A DNA stretch of 64,000 nt, taken from Octopus sinensis. Taxonomy: Eukaryota. A model generated the notes under the pieces. It was not told the DNA's origin, did not search any database, and saw nothing but the letters and a program-made list of their open reading frames with translations. A program made the translations under genes and the position numbers. Shown here one piece after another: positions 40,064 to 50,420 of this stretch. The stretch's first letter is position 1. Each line of letters opens with the position of its first letter. The stretch spans positions 53,940,001 to 54,004,000 of the forward strand of contig NC_043013.1 in assembly GCF_006345805.1 (NCBI RefSeq), written 5' to 3'.

Positions 40064-40351
40064 AAAAATTGCCATAAAATATTGCAAGTTAAATTCATAA
40101 TCTATCTAGCTCTGTCTGGCACCTGTGCAGGTGGCACGTAAAAAGCACCCACTACACTCACGTTAGGAAGGGCATCCAGCCGTAGAAACACTGCCAGATC
40201 TGACTGGGCCTGATGAAGCCTTCCAGCTTCACAGATCCCAGTTGAACCGTCCAACCCATGCTAGCATGGAGAACGGACGCTAAATGATGATGATGATGAT
40301 GATGATGATCTAGATTATGAATTTACCTTGCAATATTTTATGGCAATTTTT
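40064..40351. repeat. 41-bp inverted repeat (one mismatch) flanking a LINE fragment
   Basis: 40064-40104 versus reverse complement of 40311-40351: 40 of 41 identical. Confidence 0.92.
40110..40308 (+). mobile_element. 5'-truncated RTE 3' UTR with (GAT)8 tail
   Basis: Matches 44750-44936; atctag occurs on both sides (40104-40109, 40308-40313) as a possible TSD. Confidence 0.9.
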
Positions 40352-40509
40352 CTAGATAAAGTTCTAGATATGACTAGCAAACATGGTATCTTATTATTTT
40401 CTGTATCTGGATGAATAATTATGTTGATAGTATCTGACATTAAATGGGTTTACTGTTGAATAACTATAATTAGTGAATTTGCTTTGTTAGAAATGACTAT
40501 GATGGGCTA

Positions 40510-40860
40510 ACCACGTAAAAAAGCACATGTGCTGGCACCACATAAAATTGTACCTGTGCTGGTGTCACATCAAAAAATAAGCACCTGTGCTATCACCATG
40601 TAAAAAAACAGTTTTGCTGTGGCCATGTAAAAATAAAGGCACCCATATCAGAGTCACATAAAAAAGCATTCATGTTGGTGCTATATAAAAAGCACCTGGT
40701 ACACTCTGTAAAGTGGATAGCATTGGGAATGGTACCCAGCCACAGAGAGAATGCCAAAACAGGTGACAAGAGCCTGGTGCAGCATTCCAGTTTGTTAGCT
40801 CCTGTCAAACCGTCCAACTTATGCCAGCATGGAAAATGGACATGATATAATGGTGATGAG
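40510..40860 (+). mobile_element. RTE-type 3' tail with about 7 degenerate tandem copies of a 26-31-bp unit
   Basis: Units like ccacgtaaaaaagcacatgtgctggca at 40511-40700, then tail aaaccgtccaacttatgccagcatggaaaatggac. Confidence 0.7.
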
Positions 40861-41193
40861 GAAATCAAACACATGCGTACACATCTCTGTCCCAAAAAGT
40901 ACCAGATTTCTACATTTCCCATAGTTTACTGACAACACACTCCAGCCTTTCTAGTAAAGCGTTGTGAACCTCAAAGCCTTTATGTCTAAGAAATAATGCT
41001 TCAGAAAATTACAATTCACACATGTCCCAAATATGTGATACTGAGTTATTTTCTTTATTTTATTAAGTCACACTGAATAAAAATTACATGTAATTGCTTG
41101 TCATGAAATCAAATATTTCACTGTACTTTTATATTGAGTTTGCTCTTTCTTCTTGTTTGTACTTATTTATATGTATTATGCATATATATATAT

Positions 41194-41507
41194 ATCGCCG
41201 TGATCACTAGGACTGACCAGGCTATCAGATGTTGCTACACTGCTGGTCACAATGCGCTTTGCATTGATTTAGCCTTCAAATGATGCCACTCCGCTGACCA
41301 AGCAAGCAGGCCAACAGAACAAAGAATGAGAGAAAGTCGTGGCGAAAGAGTATAGCAGGGATCACCCTCCCCCCCCACCTGCCGGAGCCTCATGGAGCTT
41401 TAGGTGTTTTCGTTCAATAAACACTCACAATGCCCGGTCTGGGAATCAAAACCGTGATCCTATGAACGCGAGTCCGCTGCCCTAACACTGGGCCATTGCA
41501 CCTCCAC
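41194..41507 (-). mobile_element. tRNA-derived SINE family C
   Basis: Minus-strand head ggaggtgcaatggcccagtgttagggcagcggactcgcgttcataggatcacggttttgattcccagacc has A/B-box-like motifs; body unlike families A and B. Confidence 0.8.
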
Positions 41508-41535
41508 ACACATATATATGTTTTGATGTGACACC

Positions 41536-41945
41536 AGTGCAGGAGTAGCTGTGTGGTAAGTAGCTTGTCTACCAACCGCATGGTTCCGGGTTCAGTCCCA
41601 CTGCGTGGCACCTTGGGTAAGTGTCTTCTACTATAGCCTCGGGCCGACCAAAGCCTTGTGAGTGGATTTGATAGACGGAAACTGAAAGAAGCCCGTCGTA
41701 TATATGTATATACATATATATATGCATGTGTGTGTTTGTGTGTCTGTGTTTGTCCCCTAGCATTGCTTGACAACTGATGCTGGTGTGTTTATGTCCCCGT
41801 CACTTAGCGGTTCGGCAAAAGAGACTGATAGAATAAGTACTGGGCTTACAAAAGAATAAGTCCTGGGGTCGAGTTGCTCGATTAAAGGCGGTGTTCCAGC
41901 ATGGCCACAGTCAAATGACTGAAACAAGTAAAAGAGTAAAGAGTA
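41536..41945 (+). mobile_element. Full-length SINE family A
   Basis: tRNA-like head (TAGCTGTGTGG; GGTTCAGTCCC), core, internal TA/TG microsatellite, tail gaaacaagtaaaagagtaaagagta. Confidence 0.95.
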
Positions 41946-42633
41946 TATGTATTCATAATCATTGTCAGTTTTTTTAAATTCTTCTCAAGAAAAATAATGA
42001 TGAGGAACATTAGAGAAATTGTCACATTCTCAACAAAACTGAGTCTTCTTGATCCTCTGCTATTTCCACGTATTTGCTAACCACTTTACAGAGGCAATTG
42101 GTACATTTTATTGTGGTATCAACACTAGTGATGTTGCTTTATACCCTGCAAGACTAAAATGTCTTCATTACTCTGTTGTTGCTATTTCTTTAATACAACA
42201 TAACAATGAGTATAATAAATAGGTGATGTAGATGATGAAATAGAGAGTTTGAAAGAAGTGAGAATATGGATTGCATTGACAAAGTGGCAGAGAAGGTAAA
42301 AAGAAAAGAGGTAGTGCTAGAGACTATAATGAGAGAGAGAGAAGCTCTTCTGAATCTTCAATCCCACCGTATGGTATTTTGTACAATTATTTTCTGCTGT
42401 AACCTCAAATTGACCAACGCCTTGTGTGGAATTGGAGCAGCAAAAACTGATGGGCAGTTCATTGGATGGGTTCCTCACTGTAATTTAGAGACTTTTCCCA
42501 CATTTTCACACTGATTCTTCTTGAGTATTATGTAATCAGTACATGTGTTTGAAAAACATGTAATCATCCTGAAAATTTCGTTTTTGGATTTGGTTTACAA
42601 GATTCTTTATATGAGTTCGTGTGTTGAAGCATA

Positions 42634-42847
42634 TTCTGTTGTGTCTGGGGAGAGTCATTTTCTTTTTGTGTCTTATAAAAAAGGGAACGCAGTGTAAATA
42701 ACGGACAGATTCAAAACTATTGAAAAGGTTGCAAGATGCAACGAAAATTTTAGAAAAATAAAAATAAGAAAAAACTGGAAATTTTACTGGTGGCTGTTTA
42801 CATTATAAGGCACAAAAAGAAAATGACTCTCCCCAGACACAACTGAA
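42634..42847. repeat. 45-bp inverted repeat (2 mismatches) around a 124-bp spacer
   Basis: gttgtgtctggggagagtcattttctttttgtgtcttataa (42638-42678) versus ttataaggcacaaaaagaaaatgactctccccagacacaac (42803-42843), extendable by 4 bp. Confidence 0.88.
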
Positions 42848-43158
42848 CAGTGTGATGACAATGTAGTGAATGGTTGGTTCCACTGATTGAACAATCGGGG
42901 CACTTATCACTGAAACAGTATTGATTTATGCATTATAATTTTTTGTTTTAACTAGAGATAAACTTTACTTCTCGGAAAGCTTTGAATGTATTGCTAGCTT
43001 TTCCTGTTGATGAGTGGAGATGTATGAGCCTCTGCATAGAACAGCTTTCCTTGCTATCTCAAACGTTAGTTATTCTCCATGCTCATAGTTATGACCATTA
43101 TTACCCACCAACTTTTAATGGAATCTATATCTAACTAGTAAACTAGTAAATATTTCTA

Positions 43159-44936
43159 ATAAAGCAATTAAGGGTATGAAGCCAGGAAAAGCCCCCGGCT
43201 CATCAGGAATCACTGCTGAGATGCTTAAAACATCTGGTGGTGTGGGCTATGGCCTAGTCACCCGCATTGTAAACTAGGTAGTTCATGATGGAGTCATACC
43301 CTTATGACTGGCATAGCAGCACCATAGTCAACTGCTACAAGGATAAAGGTGATGCTCTAGAGAGAAATAACTACAGGGGTATCAAGCTGCTGGATCATTA
43401 GGCAGAGAGTCTGCTTTGATGAGATGCAGTTCGGTTTTGTGCTGGGTAGAATCACCACTGATGCCATATTCCCAGTTCAACAACTGCAGGAGAAATACTT
43501 AGCTAAAGATAAACCCCTCTACATAGCTTTTGTGGACTTGGAGAAAGCCTTTGACAGGGTCCCCTGATCCATTATCTGGTGGGCGATGCAGAAACTGGAG
43601 ATTGACGAATGGTTAATAAGGGCTGTACAGAGAGGCCTATACAGAGAGGCCGTTAGTGAGGTTAGGATTGGTAATGAGTATAGTGAAGAATTCTAAGCAG
43701 AAGTAGGGGTTCACCAAGGTTCAGCCCTCAGTCCCCTTCTATTCATCATAGTCCTCCAGGCAATAACAGAGGAATTCAAGAAGAGTGCCCCTGAGAGCTC
43801 CTCTATACTGATGACCTGGCCCTCATTGCAGAATCACTACCGGAACTAGAAAATTAATTTTGGGTGTGGAAGCTAGGTTTAGAATCAAAAGGCCTTAGAG
43901 TCAATATAGCAAAGACCAAAGTTATAGTAAGTAGGAAGGCGAACTCTTCACACACACCCTCAGGTAGGTGGCTCTGCTCGATCTGTAGAAAAGGTGTAGG
44001 TAGAAACTCCATAAGATGTACCCAGTGTAAGCTATGGACGCATAAAAGGTGCAGCAACATCAAAGGAAAATTAATCGAGAAGATAGCTTTCATGTACGGC
44101 AGATGCACAGGGGCAATAGACACCACAGATACTCAGAAAACAGATTCCGTAACAGTCCAGGGGGAGAAATTAGAAGTAGTTGATAGCTTCTTCTACCTAG
44201 GTGACCAAATTAGTGGGAGGTGGGGTGGATGCTGAGAATGTTGGATATAAGAATCATCGGATGTGGCATGCAAGATAGATGTTTGTGCTGGTATGGTCAT
44301 GTACTACAGATGGATGAGGAGAGATGTGTGAAGAAGTGCCACTCCCAAACAGTTGAAGGAATCCGGAGTAGAGGTAGACCCAGGAAGACATGGGATGAGG
44401 TGGTCAACCATGACCTTCGAACATTGGGCTTTGCAGAGGCAATGACAAAAAACCGAGACCTCTGGAGATATGCTGTGACTGCGAAGACCCGACAAATAAA
44501 GTGAGTTCATGGCTATATCCTACACCAGCTTCACACAACCAGCCCCAGCCCATTCAAAGTACCTTGGATCGCAGGACGGCCTGTGCTGCTTACCTTGGAT
44601 TGTGGGGCGACCTGCTGTGCTTGAGGAGACCTATTGAGTCAAATAGAATAAAATAAAAATCAAATGGAAATTGTAGCTGTGATACATGTGCCAGTAGCAC
44701 ATAAAAAGCACCAACTGACCATGGCCGTTGCCAGCCTCCTCTGGCCCCTGTGCCGGTGGCACGTAAAAAGCACCTGCTACACATATGGAGTGGTTGGCAT
44801 TAGGAAGGGCATCCAGCTGTAGAAACACTGCCAGATCAGACTGGAGCCTGGTGCAGCCTCCTAGCTTCCCAGACTCCGGTTGAACCATCCAACCCATGCT
44901 AGCATGGAAAACGGACGTTAAACGATGATGATGATG
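43159..44936 (+). mobile_element. RTE-clade LINE, 5'-truncated, inactivated: RT, PHD-like finger, C-terminus, 3' UTR, (GAT)n tail
   Basis: KAIKGMKPGKAPG, NYRGIKLLD, FVDLEKAFDRVP, GVHQGSALSPLLFIIVLQAI, LLYTDDL, KTKV, DSFFYLGD, WYGHV..M, GRPRKTWDEVV; several stops and frameshifts; internal deletion near 44235. Confidence 0.97.
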
Positions 44937-46199
44937 TTTATATTACATGATTTCTATTTGCCAGTATGATTGTGTATCCAACAATACTGTTTACCTTTAT
45001 ACATTTTAGATACCCTAATTTTCATTTATTAGCAAATTCCATTAACCCTGAAGACAGAACCTTTTAATACAAACTATATAGTTTATCTCTTGTATGAAAA
45101 AGTCACTTGATATTTGCAGAAACAAGATATTGACTTCAGTGGCATTTTGTAAAATCTTTTTAGTCTTATCTGCAAGCTATTAACCAAAGCAAACTATTAA
45201 GAACTTGACATCAACAACAATAGTTGCATGCTCACATACGTACATATAGACATGCAATTCTGTTTCTGTGTATACATACTGAGACAAAACACACAGATCC
45301 ACATACAATGACATTTGTGTCTGCATACAGTTATATATGTGCACACTTGTGTATATCCATGTATGTGTAACCCATTGATGTTGCCTAAATTCCAGTGATA
45401 CAATCTGGTTTCCTGGGTTAGAGACTAGCTCTCCTTCTATTAGCAAGAATTTGAGAAAGAAAACCAGAAATTCTTTTTGGTACACTCTTTCTCTGCTTCC
45501 CCCTCTCTCTGGAATTAAATAATGTCTAATTGGTAATTTCCTCCTAAATTGTTCGAAGGTGGATCAATATTTTTGATGGGGAAAAAATGTGTATTCTGGA
45601 AAAGTACACTGACAAGATTGGATTCAAGATTATCTTACCTGATGTGGCATTAATATCAATAATGACTAATCTTGTACCTCATTGATTTTATGAAATAAGA
45701 TTTCAAATATTTTGTTGAGAAATATTCTCTTCTTGTCACTAAAAGATTTCGTGCAATACTGCTTGAGTGAAGAATAATACAAACCGAAGATATTGTTAGA
45801 ATATTTCTGGTTAAGCAATGGCTAGTTGGATGGAGCAGCAGATAAATATAATCATTGATTGCAAAAGTTTGGATTTATAAACTCTTAGAGGGTATGAAGC
45901 CATTCTTTACATATTGACATTGATAATTGTATTGCATGAAAATATAAGATCTTTTGAGGCATAAATAAATCCTTGAAAATCAAATCTACTGAAATTAATC
46001 TACAAAATCTAATACAGTTGGGATATTGCAAAACACATTATAAAGGAAACCTAACTCGTGACATATATAGAAATTCTATTTAACCAATGAATTGCTACAG
46101 TGTGGAAGCTTACAGATAATAAATTACATTATCATATGCCTTTGAAAAGGAAAATATTATTTTTTAAAACCAATGCCAAATTATAATTCTTATTGTTGC

Positions 46200-46660
46200 T
46201 TCTTACAATGATATTAAGAGTAAATATCCAGTAGAGTGTGATGGTTTAATTTCCTTTTTAGTTCTTGTGAATCCTTTTCATTCAAGCTTCATGTCTCACT
46301 ATCCAACAGCATCACACTTCGTACACAAGCAACATAGAATCTGCCTTTGTAACCTGCAGAAATGATAACTCTCTGAAATTTCTTACTTACGATGATTCCA
46401 AACACCCACCACCATTAATAACTAAGCTAAGTGTGGAACAAAAGTCCTACTTATAGTGGATTCTTTTGAGTATTTGATGGTTTTTATTTCAAGTCTGTTC
46501 TTAATACTAACTTCTTCTGGGCATCTGTCACTTCTTCGTTGTCTTCCCTGAGATCCCTTTACATCTTTTGTACATCCTTAGTTTGCTTTGAGCATAGCTT
46601 ATGCAATTTTGACTCACTCCTCCTCACCATATTGAACATGGCCATTTTTCTAATGGTACC
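46200..46660 (-). mobile_element. RTE LINE remnant of the same family as 43159
   Basis: Minus-strand WPCSIW*GGVSQNC, KRCKGISG, NGGGCLES, FRELSFL, ACVRSVMLLDSET. Confidence 0.75.
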
Positions 46661-47030
46661 AGGGTGCAGTCTACTTTCTTTACATACAATTTAGTCTTTG
46701 ATATATTTACTTTGAAGCTTCTCAATTCTACATTTTGTTTCATAAATGAACTAATTTATCAATAAACTAGGGTTTTCCACAAAATAAATTTTGTTTGCAA
46801 ATAATCAAGGAACTAATATAAAAACATGAGAGATAAAGGAGGAGGAGGGGGATAACATTTGTGTTTGATGGGATTTATGTTAATTTAGTCGAACGATACC
46901 TCAGAGTTGAAATCATAGTTTGTAATGTGCTTGTCAATGATGACACACTGCCTTGTCAAATTGTTTTGTATATTAATGTAAAATATGAAGGCTAACAGTC
47001 TCTGAGTATGCTGTTACTTATCCTAACAAC

Positions 47031-47317
47031 CAGTGGTGGACTGGGTCTAAAAATATTGGTTGCCAAGAGACTAAGGGAGCCCATCGGCAACTCCAGTGCT
47101 ATCATTTATTTATTTTTCTTAAAAGTATTCTTTTCAACTGTCTACAAACACAGCCAGGCTAAAATAATTAATGCATTCTTCCAGGAGTAAATAAAAATTC
47201 TCAAACTTGATGGGATGGGGCCCTTAGATACTAACATAGGCCCCAATATATGGATTCTAATGGTGCAGGGGCCCACTTGCTATCAGGCAAGCTGGCAACC
47301 TGGCCAATCTGCCCCTG
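47031..47317. mobile_element. hAT-type non-autonomous element (MITE)
   Basis: TIRs CAGTGGTGGACTGG / CCAATCTGCCCCTG (10 of 14 match); 8-bp TSD ctaacaac (47023-47030)/ctaataac (47318-47325); internal GGCCC motifs. Confidence 0.65.
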
Positions 47318-48635
47318 CTAATAACTGTAATACAATGTACAGTTGTTAACTGATAGTAGGTACGGTTTGATTATATGTACCACACTTTCACTAATTATCT
47401 TAAGTGACAATGAGCATCCATAGACACATTTAACTCAATTAAATATTCAGGATGTGAGAGCTGGAAAAGAGAGAAAGCAGCACTGGTTGACTGGAGCATC
47501 ATGATATGTGAAGTGCTTTGGGCCCAATGCACCACCCCGGTACCAGGATTGAACCCACAACTATGTGCTTGCATAGTGATATAATGGACACCAAATAAAT
47601 AGCATAGTTTGTTTGGTTTTCTATTTCTTTCTGGTACAGAAACCAAGAAACTTACAGATCCATACCAATATGTTCTTTTTAAATATTGCAATCATATCAA
47701 CTGTACCAGACAAACGGCTTCTATATGTCCATCAGACTTTACTCTAAAATTTATATTTCTTTATGTCAAATTAATCCTCTGTCCTCATGGTACAGTTTTT
47801 AAATGATTCCTTCAAGGATATTTAATTTGTGGTTTCAATAATGCTTTACATTGGAGATTTCACTCAGTTGGTTTGCTTGTAAGTAAATGTAATGTGTATG
47901 ACCATTTGCTAGCAATGCACTCTTTTTTTTGTATCCCTTCTATATAATACGAAGGATTGTGTATTGTTTGAGCAACTTAACGAAAGAACTGTTTCAATAC
48001 CAGACAGAATCACTTCAGTAATGTAGTGGGACTTATTGTTTTTACTCAACTCATCTCTGATGAACATCAATAAGATATAGAAATATTACTATTGACTCTC
48101 TTTCAAAGGTAAATAATAACCAAAAATGAAGCAATAAGCTAAATGAAACCTATAATCAACTTATTTTTCATTATCACTTTTTCACAAAGGGAAAAAAAAG
48201 AAAAAAACTGGGACACCATATAATATTATTCTAATTACAGTTACAATTGTAAAGGTTTCTTGTGTTCTTAGAATATTGCAGTTTGTTTTAAGAGTATATA
48301 ATTACCTCTACTGAATACATGATTTGAGTACATTATTTTAATTAAAAACTCAAAACACCTCAATTATTAAAATTAGAGATGAACAAATGAGAAATAATAT
48401 TAATTGTTGATTGTCAGAAGTATTTCACTATTTGCTGAAATTGCTTGTTTTAAATATTTTTGAAACTAGTAAAGCAATTTAACAGCAGCAAGAAACCAAA
48501 TTTTCACCAAATATTTTCCATTTCTAGAATAACACATTATAAATGTCATTTGTTAATTGCTCTTTTGTGGAGAACTTCAAGACTTCCTCAAAATTTGTGC
48601 TATCTATTAAGTACTACATCATAATCTAGAAAACA

Positions 48636-49057
48636 ATACCTATTTCTTTACTACCCACAACGGGCTAAACACAGAGAGGACCAACACGGACAGACAAATG
48701 GATTAAGTCGATTATATCGACTCCAGTGCATAACTGGTCCTTAATTGATCGACCCCGAAAGGATGAAAGGCAAAGTCAACTTTGGCGGAATTTGAACTCA
48801 GAACGTAGCAGCAGACGGAATACCTATTTCTTTACTACCCACAAGGGGCCAAACACAGAGAGGACCAACAAGGACAGACAAATGGATTAAGTCAATTATA
48901 TCGACTCCAGTGCATAACTGGTCCTTAATTTATCGACCCCGAAAGGATGAAAGGCAAAGTCAACCTCGGCAGAATTTGAACTCAGAACTTAACGGCAGAT
49001 GAAATATGGCTACGCATTTCGCCCGGTGTGCTAACGTTTCTGCCAGCTTGCCGCCTT
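48636..49057 (-). mobile_element. Head-to-tail dimer of SINE family B (183-bp period)
   Basis: Full copy 48821-49057 plus a head-less second unit 48638-48820. Confidence 0.95.
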
Positions 49058-49092
49058 AATTATTGTTAATAACTATTAATATATTTATTATT

Positions 49093-49607
49093 AACTAGCA
49101 GTATCGCCCGGCGTTGCTCGGGTTTGTAAGGGAAATAACTATATAAGCATTTTTAGAGAGTTACTTCCCTTATAGATGCAAATTCGGGCTTTCTTAGCCA
49201 TTTCTGTTTTGGTGTCTTCAAGCCATGAAGTCGTTGTTCTAAAAGAACGCTGATCTCCTTGACAACGCTTTACGACGTTGATTTCCTTACACTCCCTTCC
49301 CCACAGCTTCATGAGGGAGGGAAGAAGGGGGAGAAGCAAACAGGTGCAGGTGTGACCATGGACGCCAACTCCGCCGCCATCGACACACGAAAAATTATGC
49401 ATTAAAATGGAATAAAAAATGATGTTAAACTATTTTTTAAATCGTAGACTCATCGTAGACGTGCGCTAATACTCAGACGGGCTTGGTATGAATCACGACT
49501 ATAAGATACCCGAATTTGGTTAAACTGCACCGCAAAATGTGGGAATAGTTGGAATCTAAATCGAAGGGGACAGACACTCACACAACTACAGTTTTATATA
49601 TATAGAT
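49093..49607 (+). mobile_element. Non-autonomous Helitron/Helentron-like (DINE-1/Lep1-type) element
   Basis: Starts ACTAG followed by hairpin GCCCGGCGTTGCTCGGGT (49106-49123); ends GACAGACACTCACACAAC...TTTTATATATATAGAT; no TSD seen; CpG-rich relative to flanks. Confidence 0.65.
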
Positions 49608-49821
49608 AAATGCCATTGAGAGACATTAACTATAGGAGTGTGTATTATTTTTAGTATTGCTGGTATACTCTATAACTTGAGTGGAAACTTTAAATTTTTA
49701 CTGTAGTAGGTATGACTCTGTTTTTCCTTTATATTTGATGATGGGAAAACCATATTAGACATACAGAGAAAGTTACTACTTGCCAACTATATAAGAGCTT
49801 ATTAACATGCAATACACACAC

Positions 49822-50420
49822 CATCATCATCATTTACTGTCTATGTTCCATGCAAGCATGAGTTGGACAGTTTGGCAGGATCCGATTGGGCTAAAGACTG
49901 CGTCATGCTCCAGTGTCTGCTTTGGTATAGCATCTATGGCTGGACGCCCTCCCTAACTCCAACCACTTTACAGCGTATAATACTGGGTGCTTGTCTTCAT
50001 GCTACCAGAACTAGTGAGACCATCATGCAGTTTACAAGAGTACAAACATTGTGTGTGTGTGTGTGTGTGTGGAGGGTAGGTGGGTGCAAATTATGAGGAG
50101 ATGAGGGGCAAAGATTTGTAAAGATATGAGAGGAGGAACCAGAATAGGACAAGTTTCTTGCTGAAAAGGAGCTACATGACTACTCAGATTTTAGAAGAGC
50201 CAGGATGAGTGATCGAGTGTAGCCAATGAGAAATGGGTGGAGAAGTAGATGAATGTGTGCTGAACAGCAGAATAATAATGAAATAGTAGACAGAGGAGGG
50301 ATGAGTGGATGGGAAAGGGAGAGACAGCCATTGTGCATGAGGAGGGTGAGCGACATGATGGAGTAGGAGGACAGTTATTCACTTAGTATGGGAGAGGTGG
50401 GGGTAGAGGATCAATGTGAG
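49822..50420 (-). mobile_element. RTE-type tail with upstream pyrimidine-rich tract (purine-rich on +)
   Basis: catcatcatcat...ttccatgcaagcatgagttggacag...tggctggacgccctccctaac; GA-rich 50070-50420. Confidence 0.6.

Noticed and set aside
40210-40232. CTGATGA followed by stem AGC/GCT in an RTE tail
   Set aside because: No GAAA after the stem; other copies read ctggtgca here, so it is a chance variant.
40511-40700. Repeated units of about 27 bp as a CRISPR-like array
   Set aside because: No unique spacers, units degenerate, derived from the LINE 3' UTR, eukaryotic context.
43159-44504. RT region as an intact or domesticated gene
   Set aside because: Multiple stops and frameshifts, 5' truncation and an internal deletion.
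44718-44775. gccagcctcctctggc resembles HDV ribozyme P3/L3; tgccggt...taaaaag resembles twister
   Set aside because: L3 too short, no P1/P2 partners in the required order, and no twister pseudoknot motif; only simple hairpins are supported.
48057-48100. CTGATGA...GAAA
   Set aside because: Stem II does not pair next to the core and no stem I or III forms.
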